IMG/VR virus record: IMGVR_UViG_3300028833_000054
Coordinates: 246,482-310,481 of that record
DNA length: 64,000 bases
Source: a virus
Lineage: Duplodnaviria > Heunggongvirae > Uroviricota > Caudoviricetes
Reading direction: 5' to 3' (one strand)
A program made the position numbers and the translations under genes. Positions 21,546 to 29,918 of the stretch are shown one piece after another. Numbering within the stretch: the stretch's first letter is position 1; the number at the start of each line of letters is the position of its first letter. Below the pieces are notes generated by a model. The model was not told the origin of the DNA, did no database searches, and was given only the letters and a program-made list of their open reading frames with translations.

Positions 21546-21634
21546 CGGAGAGCAGTGGGATCGAACCACATCCGGGTTTTAACCGAACGCACATCTTAGC
21601 AGGATGCCGCTCTCACCGTCGAGCGTTACTCTCC
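21546..21634 (-). tRNA. tRNA-Ser(GCT)
   Basis: Cloverleaf, loop CT GCT AA, long variable arm, G73. Confidence 0.9.
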
Positions 21635-21645
21635 GTAAGAATAAA

Positions 21646-21985
21646 AAACAAGCTTTACTACATCAGTCACTTACACAACCTCGGCTTCCGGAGCATCATT
21701 CTACCATCTTCACAAGGTCAGAAGGAATGACTCTACACGAGGATTGCATTACCATTGGCGTATTCTCGTAGAATTACCGGTTTTACGATCATAGAGGTGA
21801 ACTGCATCAATTGCAATTTATGAATTATATTTGCAATTTCAACTTCGTTGGACAACCCGACACTCTTAGGAACGGTCTCATATTACGCATGTTAATGGCC
21901 ACTTACACACCCGATTACTCCAATCCCGTTGGCAAGGTCCGAGCGATTTCCTTTGTTTCAAGGCGTTGTCGGACGAGGCTTGTTT
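21646..21985 (-). ncRNA. Candidate ~340-nt structured RNA
   Basis: Non-coding and GC-richer; ends pair (AAACAAGC/GCTTGTTT); sits between tRNAs. Confidence 0.35.
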
Positions 21986-22004
21986 AATATATCAAAGAAC
22001 TTTG

Positions 22005-22081
22005 TACCCCAGGAGGGATTCGAACCCCCACTCTGCATCCTTAGAAGGGACCTATGTTAATTTCCGTTACACCACTGGGGC
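22005..22081 (-). tRNA. tRNA-Arg(TCT)
   Basis: Cloverleaf, loop CT TCT AA. Confidence 0.85.
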
Positions 22082-22296
22082 ATTGTATTATTGTAACCAA
22101 GGACTTTTTAATCCTTTGTTATATGCTGTATAGTACAAAAGTTGATTATCAGTCAAATTACTAAACCATTCTTCAAAGTATTTGTAATACTTCGGATGAA
22201 CATTGTACCTGAACTCTTTCCAAAGATATTCTTTAATTGATTGCCCCGCAATCTATTCCTGGATCTCCCATAATATATAATTTTAAAGTTTAAAAG

Positions 22297-22379
22297 TCGG
22301 CCTAGAGGGACTCGAACCCTCACGCCTTGCGGCACCAGATCCTTAGTCTGGCCTGTCTCCCAAGTTCCAGCACAGGCCG
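22297..22379 (-). tRNA. tRNA-Leu(AAG), long variable arm
   Basis: CCAGA CT AAG GA TCTGG; A73. Confidence 0.85.
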
Positions 22380-22491
22380 ATAACTGACCACGGGGCATCT
22401 CATTTGATGGTCATGATTGATTATCCCTTTTATCAATCTTTACTACTTTACAGACTTTGGGTATCCCTGTATTCGTCATTTAACCCCTTTG

Positions 22492-22566
22492 TACTCCAGA
22501 TGGGATTCGAACCCATGATCTCCACAGTGAGAGTGTGACGGCTTGAGCCAGCTGGCCTACTGGAGC
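22492..22566 (-). tRNA. tRNA-Glu(CTC)
   Basis: Loop CT CTC AC. Confidence 0.9.
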
Positions 22567-22711
22567 ATTGATGACAGGTGAAGCTAACCTGTCCACGGAT
22601 TCCCTACAGGCGGCCGGGTTCCGTAATGGAGATGTTCACGCCCCTTCATCATCCACTTAAAGCTTACTTTGTAGCTCAACTATGAATCAAAAACAAAACT
22701 CACAGGAGCAT

Positions 22712-23053
22712 TTATATATCTTTTCTCATCCACATGTAATTGAGGTCTTCATCATCACAAACAAAATCTTCAAATCCATGTCTTTCATACCAATTATGAA
22801 CAAATGATTTTTTCAATACTTTCAACATCAATGTATCTGCTCCATGACTCTTTGCAATCTCATCTGCCATTTTCAATATTATGTTTCCTAAACCTCTTTG
22901 ACGATAATTTTCAGAAACAAAAACATTGGAAAGATACAAAGTTGTTGGGTCATCATCATACACATACAAAGCAAATCTTAAGATATTGTCTTTGTCATCA
23001 ATGAACCATCTTGTTCCAAAATCAGTTTTTTCTTCTCTTATGTCAAAATCCAT
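22712..23053 (-). CDS. GNAT acetyltransferase
   Basis: LSNVFVSENYRQRGLG motif A; WYERHGF. Confidence 0.85.
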   Translation of the reverse strand: MDFDIREEKTDFGTRWFIDDKDNILRFALYVYDDDPTTLYLSNVFVSENYRQRGLGNIILKMADEIAKSHGADTLMLKVLKKSFVHNWYERHGFEDFVCDDEDLNYMWMRKDI

Positions 23054-23100
23054 ATAACAAATTGAAATTTTAATATTTATTAGATGGACTACTCAATTTG

Positions 23101-23172
23101 TACCCCGGCTGAGACTCGAACTCAGAATGAATGCTTAGAAGGCATTTGGTATATCCCTTTACCTACCAGGGC
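23101..23172 (-). tRNA. tRNA-Arg(TCT)
   Basis: AATGC CT TCT AA GCATT. Confidence 0.85.
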
Positions 23173-23177
23173 ATATA

Positions 23178-23606
23178 AACCTGTTATGTGCTTTTACGCC
23201 AAATGCTCCAACGGCGGTTTCACAGACATTCCAGTTGGTCAATTAACCTAACGTTGACCACATATCCCATCGCTTCTCATGATGATGTATCAAGATTATC
23301 TCGTAATCTCTTAAGGTTAAGTGCACGTTCCTCCCGTACTGAGGCACCTTATCTGTCATACCTGTCTCCGACTCCCATGATAATCCATCAAGTAACTGAG
23401 GAACGGCATGTATTTCAACACGTCTTTAAAACAGTACTTTCTGGTATCGGTGCTTATGACTCCGTGCCGGCGTCGCAAAGGTTGTAGGTTCAATCCCTTA
23501 CTGTGCCCTTGAGGCATTCTCTTCGCCGCGTATACCTACGGCATAGTCTCTTCCGGCTCGCAACTCCTTAGCTGATGGCTGCTTCCAAGCCTACAGTTAA
23601 CAGGTT
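23178..23606 (-). ncRNA. ~430-nt RNA whose ends reconstitute a 23S rRNA uL11-binding (H43-H44) domain mimic
   Basis: Closing stem AACCTGTTA/TAACAGGTT; 5' GTAGGCTTGGAAGCAGCCATC..TAAGGAGT and 3' GCGTAAAAGCAC. Confidence 0.6.
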
Positions 23607-23675
23607 ATAATGTTTTCAATAATCCAAAGAACTTTATTCAACAATCAAATATATGTAAAATAATCCAAAGTATAA

Positions 23676-23726
23676 AATCAATACAGCTGCAAATTTTGTT
23701 AGCTGCGGATTGCAGCTGTATTGATT
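23676..23726. repeat. Perfect 17-bp inverted repeat
   Basis: AATCAATACAGCTGCAA ... TTGCAGCTGTATTGATT. Confidence 0.85.
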
Positions 23727-23745
23727 CGCACGACCTTGTCAAGGG

Positions 23746-23819
23746 TAGCGAGAACCAGAATCGAACTGGTGGTCTTGGGGTTATGAATCCCACGCTTTAA
23801 CCGACTAAGCTATCTCGCC
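23746..23819 (-). tRNA. tRNA-Met/Ile2(CAT)
   Basis: Loop TT CAT AA. Confidence 0.85.
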
Positions 23820-24026
23820 ATTGGTAAATATACAACTGCTCCAAGTTTTATGCTGTCTTTGACCAGGCTCCCTACCTGCCCTCACTGTACCCTACATACC
23901 AATAAATTGTAAACTGTATCTGCATACACTGTCCAGTATTATCTTCTGTTGGCCTCGGATTGCTGATTGGCTTTTCAACATAAACCGCTTGGTAGTATTA
24001 TCAGGAGGCTTACTGTTGTATATTTG

Positions 24027-24097
24027 TGCTCGACACAAGAATCGAACTCGTCTCCTCTGGGTTAGGGCCAGGTGCACATCCACTGTACCAGTCGAGC
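24027..24097 (-). tRNA. tRNA-Sup(CTA), amber-suppressor-type
   Basis: Acceptor GCTCGAC/GTCGAGC, D stem GTAC/GTGC, loop CC CTA AC, T arm ACGAG TTCGATT CTTGT. Confidence 0.75.
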
Positions 24098-24135
24098 AAT
24101 GGTGAGCAGTTTAGAGACGTACTCAGGTCTAGTAT

Positions 24136-24483
24136 TCAAGCGACTAACTTCAAGTTTCTGAACAACTTTCCGTTGTCTTCAATAGCGATTGCAGTAAGCT
24201 TATTGTTCAAATCTGGCTCTTTGAACTCTGAAAAATCTTTGTCAAGACTTTTCAATCTCCTCTTCATTGAGTAAAGATTACACTTGAGATAAATCAAGTA
24301 AGAGTTGTTCCAGTTTTGTCCCGGATGGTCAAGCAACCACTGTGCTACTGCGTGGCCTCCTTGGACACATCCATATACTGGGTCAAGTTCTTTATCAATT
24401 AGAATGTACAACCTTTTCTCATGCTGTTTTTCCATCATTGCTTGCCTCCTCTTCAGTTGAATTGTATAAATAAAGGTCTTCAT
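24136..24483 (-). CDS. Peptidyl-tRNA hydrolase II (PTH2)-like protein (start probably ~24439)
   Basis: LYILIDKEL...VQGGHAVA...FKEPDLNNKLTAIA. Confidence 0.7.
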   Translation of the reverse strand: MKTFIYTIQLKRRQAMMEKQHEKRLYILIDKELDPVYGCVQGGHAVAQWLLDHPGQNWNNSYLIYLKCNLYSMKRRLKSLDKDFSEFKEPDLNNKLTAIAIEDNGKLFRNLKLVA

Positions 24484-24784
24484 AGTACTTCTTTACACAA
24501 TCCTTAAATGCTCTTTTTGCTACTTCTACATAATCTCCTCCACCTTCATAAGCTCTAACCTTGTTTTCAAGAGGAGAAATCAAATAGCATTGACAGCCGC
24601 AACTATACAATTTCTTGTGAGTCTTCTCAATAACTGAGTCGATGTAAGAGTCAAGCTCTTCTTCAGGAATATTATGCTTAAGTGCATAATAAGCGGTGTA
24701 CATTACATGCTTGCTAATTTCGTAAGATGAATCTTCGTTCTTTGCAGCGTTCTTGATAAATTCTTTTGCTTTGTAGTATTTCAT
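24419..24784 (-). CDS. Hypothetical protein
   Basis: 121-aa ORF overlapping the PTH2-like gene. Confidence 0.7.
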   Translation of the reverse strand: MKYYKAKEFIKNAAKNEDSSYEISKHVMYTAYYALKHNIPEEELDSYIDSVIEKTHKKLYSCGCQCYLISPLENKVRAYEGGGDYVEVAKRAFKDCVKKYYEDLYLYNSTEEEASNDGKTA

Positions 24785-24963
24785 AATTGGTATTCTTTAT
24801 TTTTAGTTGTTTGTTAAAGTAAAATATATTATATATTAAGTTCATTTTTGATGGTTAAAGTATAATATATTTTGCTTTAGGGAGGAATACCAACTATGTA
24901 CTCAACCTAGTAATGCGAAATGTGTTTCATAAGCTACTAAATTAATTTTTGTTAAACATTTTG

Positions 24964-25036
24964 GGAGCGACCACGGAATCGAACCGAGATTAACAGAGCC
25001 ACAATCTGTTGTGCTAACCGTTACACTAGAAGCTCC
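24964..25036 (-). tRNA. tRNA-His(GTG)
   Basis: Loop TT GTG GC; G-1 and C73. Confidence 0.85.
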
Positions 25037-25045
25037 ATGTATAAA

Positions 25046-25681
25046 TTATATCAGTTTTCCATTCACTTGTCTAAAGTACTTTGCAAAATCAAACAAAGAC
25101 TTGAACCTAAAAACTTTCTCGCAGTCACAAGAATCAGAGATTGACTTCAAATCTACATTCTTGTTATAAGGAGCAGTAATCAATACACATACCTTAGCTT
25201 TGCAATTTTTGAAATAATCAGGATTGTCATCAATCATAATATCACAGTCTACAATAGACTTGTCATTAAGGAAACATACATTTCTTGTGTCAAATCCTTC
25301 ACGATGAAGAAAATCAAGAGTGTCACGTTTGTTCTCATAAGTCTTTTGTGAAGACAAAATCATAACATCACCGTATTTTTTCAATTCTTCTATCGCCCAG
25401 TCTGCACCAGGAAATGATTTTGCATTTTCAAAGAACAATTCTCGTGAATGTGTACCAAAAAGCCAATCTGCTGCACGAAGCCCTGTCTTTTCAGGAATAT
25501 CAGAAAATGTTATAGCAACATCAAAAGTTGTAACATCTTCCTTTTTCATAGATTTGTTGAAATTCTTATTATAAAGATTCAACATTCCTTGGACTGTACA
25601 TCTTAGTACTTCATCACAATCAACAGCTATTTTCAATTTCTTATTCATGTACAAATATATGAAATAAAAATTAAATATCAA
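25046..25681 (-). CDS. 5'(3')-deoxyribonucleotidase (HAD; start probably 25648)
   Basis: VDCDEVL motif I; MIDDNP; APYN. Confidence 0.8.
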   Translation of the reverse strand: MIFNFYFIYLYMNKKLKIAVDCDEVLRCTVQGMLNLYNKNFNKSMKKEDVTTFDVAITFSDIPEKTGLRAADWLFGTHSRELFFENAKSFPGADWAIEELKKYGDVMILSSQKTYENKRDTLDFLHREGFDTRNVCFLNDKSIVDCDIMIDDNPDYFKNCKAKVCVLITAPYNKNVDLKSISDSCDCEKVFRFKSLFDFAKYFRQVNGKLI

Positions 25682-25693
25682 AATATATTACCA

Positions 25694-25728
25694 AAAAAGT
25701 CAACCGCTTTGTGCAAGTGGTTGACTTC
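25694..25728 (-). terminator. Intrinsic terminator
   Basis: AAGTCAACC/GGTTGACTT hairpin plus U-tract. Confidence 0.65.
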
Positions 25729-25751
25729 AAGTATATTTAAATAATTACTAT

Positions 25752-25862
25752 CTATCTCCCACTAAGGCGAATATCATGTCTAAGGCTACTTACCATGCTA
25801 CCAAGCTCCTCTTGATGAAGAGAAGAACAACCAAATGTCATATGTGCATTAGCCTTAAACAT
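25752..25862 (-). CDS. Possible 36-aa small protein (TAG stop)
   Basis: MFKANAHMTFG...SGR*, between AT-rich leader and terminator. Confidence 0.35.
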   Translation of the reverse strand: MFKANAHMTFGCSSLHQEELGSMVSSLRHDIRLSGR

Positions 25863-25926
25863 ATTGCGGTAATTATTTTTATTATTTATTACGAATCTCT
25901 TTAAAATTTTTCTATAAATTATATCC

Positions 25927-26454
25927 TTAACTTTTCTTTGTGATTAGTTCATCTTTCCAAACTGCTTTAATTTCCCCTTTTCTAAGCTTATCTGCAAAAG
26001 CAATTTCATCTCCAAGATTTTTATGTGTCTTGTAATCAATGAGTTGCATCTTAAGATTGTTAATAAGAGTGTTAAAAGCTTCATGGAACTCTTCTGCTGT
26101 TATCTCCTTTGGTAAATCAATTTCATCCCAATATAAAGGAGCAACATCACTAATGTTAAAATAAGTTTGTCCTTTGTCAGAAACACTAAATCCCTTTCCG
26201 TAAAGAGTTACTCCACGAGGTCTCTTTGAGTAAGTATCAACATGAAAATACTCTAAATATCCTCCCTTATATCTTCTATCAATTGTAACATATTGACCAA
26301 TATGAACATCAACCATATTCATATCAGCCTCAAGCTCATCCATTTCTTTTCCAATACGATAAGCTTCATTCTGATGACGGTCTCTTTCTTTTCTAAGTTC
26401 ACTAAGTTTCTTAGTATATTCTTCTTTTGATAATGGCATAATTAATTCCCCCAA
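25927..26454 (-). CDS. Hypothetical protein (coiled-coil N-terminus)
   Basis: 175-aa ORF. Confidence 0.75.
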   Translation of the reverse strand: MGELIMPLSKEEYTKKLSELRKERDRHQNEAYRIGKEMDELEADMNMVDVHIGQYVTIDRRYKGGYLEYFHVDTYSKRPRGVTLYGKGFSVSDKGQTYFNISDVAPLYWDEIDLPKEITAEEFHEAFNTLINNLKMQLIDYKTHKNLGDEIAFADKLRKGEIKAVWKDELITKKS

Positions 26455-26792
26455 AATTCTCTTGATAATTCATAATGATTAGCAGCAAGTACTCCAACCA
26501 AATGATAAAGTTCTGAATGTTCATGAAGATAATCAGCAACCTTTGTGTAAGTTTTTCCGTCAACTTCATTAAGTACCTCAGGTTTTAAATTCAAATTCAA
26601 CTTGCAATTTATTTCTTCACAAAGATATGAATTGAAAATTTGAATTTCACCCTTTTCAATTTCAAAAGAAATTTCTGGAGATTTAACATTTTTATCCTTT
26701 CGCTGTGTCCACTTAGGATAAAATTTCTTAATCATATAATCAAGCCGACCGTTCATATCAATTATATTGGTTTGAAAATTATATACTAACAA
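26442..26792 (-). CDS. Hypothetical protein
   Basis: 116-aa ORF. Confidence 0.65.
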   Translation of the reverse strand: MLVYNFQTNIIDMNGRLDYMIKKFYPKWTQRKDKNVKSPEISFEIEKGEIQIFNSYLCEEINCKLNLNLKPEVLNEVDGKTYTKVADYLHEHSELYHLVGVLAANHYELSREFWGN

Positions 26793-26826
26793 TGTAAAAA
26801 ATAATAGAGTTCAAGACTCTATTTAG

Positions 26827-26962
26827 TAGCGGGGGTTGGACTTGAACCAACAATCTTTTGTGCCATGATACAAACGTTTTATCCTCGAAGTAGCTGTTTT
26901 AGATGACTACTATTTCTAGAGAAAGCTCCTAACAGATAATTTCTTTATTAAACTTCCCCGCT
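26827..26962 (-). ncRNA. tRNA-Y-module chimera 1 (module inserted in D-loop; ATCATGGC anticodon loop)
   Basis: Acceptor AGCGGGG/CCCCGCT, T arm GTTGG TTCAAGT CCAAC, insert ..TTTCT CTA GAAA TAG TAGTCA..CTACTTCG. Confidence 0.75.
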
Positions 26963-27003
26963 ATATAAAATTTGACTTAACTGAAATCCATAGAAATCAA
27001 ACA

Positions 27004-28653
27004 TTAGATGACGAGCTTGCGGATCTCATCTATGTGAGCAGAAGGATTGAACTCCTTAGTTGCAATATCCTGGAACATTGAAAGTCCATATCCGAAGTAG
27101 TAGTTGACCTTACCACCTGCAAGAGGTGTAGTACCGTATGCTGCAAGGTCAACAGCGTAGACGTAAGGGTCAGTAACGTCGTGGATGTAGCTCTTGTAAG
27201 CAGTGCTGGTCCAGTCTCCTGACCAGTAACCACGGCTGTTGCACTCGTTGTCTGAAAGGATTATGATACGGTCATAAACCCTCTTCAACCTACGAATTAA
27301 ATCAAATGCAGAAGCAATTGAAGTTCCACCCATGTTTGCGTTACCGATTTGACGGCCAAGGGTGAATACATCCGTGTTAGGATTGTATGAGTACATCTGA
27401 GCACTTGAACCGAAGCGGACAACGTCGGCGTTAGTTGCTTTCGCAATTGTTGCTGCGATAAGTCCTGCCTTCTCTGCTGCAGTGGTCTGAACGCGGTTGC
27501 TTGAACCACTGTAATAGCAGTAAGTGTTCATAGAGCCTGAGCAGTCAACCATAACGCAGGTCTTTCCAGGAAGAGCTTCTGCTAGGTTAGGAACTGCATA
27601 CTCATAACCCTTAAGGAGAGCCTGCATGACTCTACGTCCTTCAGCGGTTGAGCTGAATTCTTGCTTGACAGTCTCGTATGCGTAGTCAATCTGGTAAGGC
27701 ATAACCTTTCCCTGACGGATTTTTTCACCGTCTGAAACAAGCACACAAAGAGCGTCAATGACTTCCTTACGAGGACTCTTAAGCATGTTACGGACGTTAC
27801 GAATTGCAGCAAGAATACCAAGCTTACCATCAAGAAGAAGTCCCTGCCAGTTGTCATTCTTTGCTTCCGCAAGAACAACAGCAGCCTTCTCCTTAGAAAG
27901 CTTACCAGCCTTTACAGCTGCTGCAACCTCTTGACCAGCCTCTGAGTTTGCAGCCTCCCAAGTGTCAGCTGTAACAGTGAAACCCTGCATGAGTGCGTCA
28001 AGAGTCTTCATCGTCTTACCGTTGATAGTGACTTCAGCAGTAGAGAGCTTGCTCTTAGGGTGTGTTAAGTTTGCAATGTCAATTGCAGTGTCCTTGTACT
28101 TAGCAAGCTGGTAAGTATCAAGGTTCTCAAGAACTGAGGCGAAACCCTTCTTCATTGAGTTGCTCAATGCAGACTTGTTAAGCGCACAGTAAACGTCCTT
28201 GATTTCACTCATGTCATCAGGACGGTAAATAACTCCACCCTTCTGGGCCTTACGGTCCCAGAGTCCGTAAAAACGCTTAGCGTATTCGTTACCTGCAATG
28301 AAAGGTGCAGCAAGTGCAGCTGCAAGATGGCTGACAGCCCTCATACCTTCACCCATGCAACGAGACCAAACAATAATCTGAGCAAGAAAATAAGGGTCCT
28401 TGAGACCAACCTTCTCAATCAAATCACGGAGTTCCTTCATAGTTTGATTCTCAGAACGGTAGAACTGAGGCTCAAGCTTTAAGGTGTTCAACATAGATAC
28501 AAGACGAAGTTCATCACCAAGTGAATATGCCTTGTAACCTTGACGGTTTACAGTATTCTCAGCTGGAATACTTGCGATGTTTGCAACCGTCTCCTTTGAG
28601 GCCATAGCTCCTAGAGCTGACCTAAGCTGAGAGTTACGATCTTTCATCTTCAT
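27004..28653 (-). CDS. rsr: Ro60/TROVE-domain RNA-binding protein with C-terminal vWA
   Basis: N-terminal NRQGYKAYSL..ELRLVSMLNT..FY; R.EGMR; vWA VDCSGSM, GGT, ILSDNE. Confidence 0.9.
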   Translation of the reverse strand: MKMKDRNSQLRSALGAMASKETVANIASIPAENTVNRQGYKAYSLGDELRLVSMLNTLKLEPQFYRSENQTMKELRDLIEKVGLKDPYFLAQIIVWSRCMGEGMRAVSHLAAALAAPFIAGNEYAKRFYGLWDRKAQKGGVIYRPDDMSEIKDVYCALNKSALSNSMKKGFASVLENLDTYQLAKYKDTAIDIANLTHPKSKLSTAEVTINGKTMKTLDALMQGFTVTADTWEAANSEAGQEVAAAVKAGKLSKEKAAVVLAEAKNDNWQGLLLDGKLGILAAIRNVRNMLKSPRKEVIDALCVLVSDGEKIRQGKVMPYQIDYAYETVKQEFSSTAEGRRVMQALLKGYEYAVPNLAEALPGKTCVMVDCSGSMNTYCYYSGSSNRVQTTAAEKAGLIAATIAKATNADVVRFGSSAQMYSYNPNTDVFTLGRQIGNANMGGTSIASAFDLIRRLKRVYDRIIILSDNECNSRGYWSGDWTSTAYKSYIHDVTDPYVYAVDLAAYGTTPLAGGKVNYYFGYGLSMFQDIATKEFNPSAHIDEIRKLVI

Positions 28654-28716
28654 GGTTTTTGACTTTTAATTTTATAAATTAAAGAAATTTAATTCCTTAG
28701 AATTATCAAAAAGGAA

Positions 28717-28857
28717 AGCAGAGAATGTTAACACAGACATAACATTTTTTGATAAAACATTTCAAGTGTTTCGCGTGAACCATTTCGCCACTCGGGTGGA
28801 ACCCAAGACAGGAATCGAACCTGCAAATCGAAGTAAGTCTGTAGTTTGACTACTGCT
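28717..28857 (-). ncRNA. YrlA-like Y RNA (circularly permuted tRNA domain), 64 nt upstream of the Ro60 start
   Basis: AGCAG/CTGCT terminal stem, TAGTCA, ACAGAC/GTCTGT, TTACTTCG, then T arm, closed acceptor CTTGGGT TCC ACCCGAG, D arm, ASL CT TGA AA. Confidence 0.8.
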
Positions 28858-28859
28858 AG

Positions 28860-28932
28860 TGGAGAAGACGGGACTCGAACCCGCGACCCCTAGAATGCAA
28901 ATCTAGTGCTCTACCAATTGAGCTACAACCCC
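28860..28932 (-). tRNA. tRNA-Ala(TGC)
   Basis: Loop TT TGC AT; G3-U70. Confidence 0.9.
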
Positions 28933-28939
28933 ATATGTT

Positions 28940-29077
28940 CAACAAGAGAAAGCAGAAGAGAGTGTAAATATGTAGCATCTTATCAGAATTGAACTGATTA
29001 CCCCAGGCTCCCAAAGCTTGTGCTCTACCAAATGAGCTAAAAACGCGAAGTACCTCTTACTTCTTGACTACTTGCTG
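28940..29077 (-). ncRNA. Y-module stems enclosing a whole tRNA-Pro(TGG)-like domain (28974-29046)
   Basis: CAGCAAG/CTTGTTG, TAGTCA, GTACTTC; loop TT TGG GA; 3' TTTCT. Confidence 0.75.
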
Positions 29078-29153
29078 GTGGAAACTACTGGAGTCGAACC
29101 AGTGACCTTCTGCTTGTAAGGCAGACGCTCTAAACCAACTGCGCTAAGCTTCC
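29076..29153 (-). tRNA. tRNA-Val(TAC)
   Basis: Loop CT TAC AA, encoded CCA. Confidence 0.92.
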
Positions 29154-29163
29154 ATTATTATTG

Positions 29164-29257
29164 TGGTTGTGGCGGGATTTGAACCCTCGATTTCGCATGA
29201 GGCAGCGTCGTACTCCGTAAAGGCCTTAGGCCAATGTTTCTTTTCACGAGCACAACC
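29164..29257 (-). ncRNA. tRNA-like RNA with expanded D arm and no clear anticodon
   Basis: Acceptor GGTTGTG/CACAACC, T arm GAGGG TTCAAAT CCCGC, GGCC TAA GGCC hairpin in D region. Confidence 0.5.
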
Positions 29258-29263
29258 ATAAAA

Positions 29264-29395
29264 AATACAGAGAAAATTGAAAAGAATTATACCGGCATGG
29301 AGCCGTCGGCAGGAATCGAACCTGCTACCCTAAAATTACAAATTTTATGCTCTACCCCTGAGCTACGAAGAAACTCTTTTCGTGACTGCTGTATT
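29264..29395 (-). ncRNA. Y-module stems enclosing a tRNA-Thr(TGT)-like domain
   Basis: AATACAG/CTGTATT, CAGTCA, GAAAAGA/TCTTTTC, TTCTTCG; loop TT TGT AA; acceptor 5' strand degenerate. Confidence 0.75.
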
Positions 29396-29402
29396 AGATG
29401 TC

Positions 29403-29537
29403 ATCCAAAGAAAACGGAGAAGAAGTTGTTCAATGTTGGGAAATGCGGGACTCGAACCCGCGAATTCAAATTTGGAAGATTTGCGTTAAATCCACTTAAC
29501 TAATTTCTCGATGAATTTCTTTTCCTGACTATTGGAT
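29403..29537 (-). ncRNA. Y-module stems enclosing a tRNA-Gly(TCC)-like domain
   Basis: ATCCAA/TTGGAT, TAGTCA, TTCATCG; loop CT TCC AA; 3' TTTTCT. Confidence 0.75.
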
Positions 29538-29540
29538 TAG

Positions 29541-29615
29541 TGAGCATTGCTGGATTTGAACCAGCGACCTCTTGCCTGTCAAGCAAGCGCTCTTAACCAA
29601 CTGAGCTAAATCCTC
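29541..29615 (-). tRNA. tRNA-Val(GAC)
   Basis: Loop TT GAC AG. Confidence 0.9.
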
Positions 29616-29620
29616 ATATG

Positions 29621-29754
29621 AAGAGCCATACAGAGTTTGCAACCATTGTATGTTGTTACTTAGTGTTTTCAAGTCCATAAACTATCCCCCTTTGGAGGCC
29701 GTGATAGTAGCCAGTGACATGTTAACTACCTTGTACCTTCTCTAAGTATCTCTT
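29621..29754 (-). ncRNA. Three-way-junction RNA A with Cys-anticodon-like loop (TT GCA AA)
   Basis: AAGAG/CTCTT, ACTTAG/CTAAGT, ATACA..GG TTGCAAA CTC TGTAT; paralog at 29919. Confidence 0.65.
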
Positions 29755-29755
29755 G

Positions 29756-29829
29756 TGGACCGTAAGGGACTCGAACCCTTCCTATAGGCTTGCAAAGCCC
29801 ACGTGCTAGCCAACTATCACTAATGGCCC
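29756..29829 (-). tRNA. tRNA-Ala(TGC)
   Basis: Loop TT TGC AA; G3-U70. Confidence 0.85.
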
Positions 29830-29832
29830 ATT

Positions 29833-29909
29833 TGGAGTCGGGTGGCGGATTCGAACCGCCGCATATTGGTTTTGCAGACCAACCCTATAGACCGCTCAGG
29901 CAACCCGAC
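29833..29909 (-). tRNA. tRNA-Cys(GCA)
   Basis: Loop CT GCA AA; U73, CCA. Confidence 0.92.
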
Positions 29910-29918
29910 ATAATAGAA

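Noticed and set aside
23178-23606. A true 23S rRNA gene, or a group I intron within the mimic
   Set aside because: Only ~60 nt resemble rRNA. An R-like AGAGACTA lies at the very 5' end of the insert, inconsistent with group I P-Q-R-S order, so the intron status is unsupported.
24868-24921. Micro-ORF MKHISHY-TAG-VEYIVGIPP as an amber readthrough target
   Set aside because: Too short to distinguish from chance.
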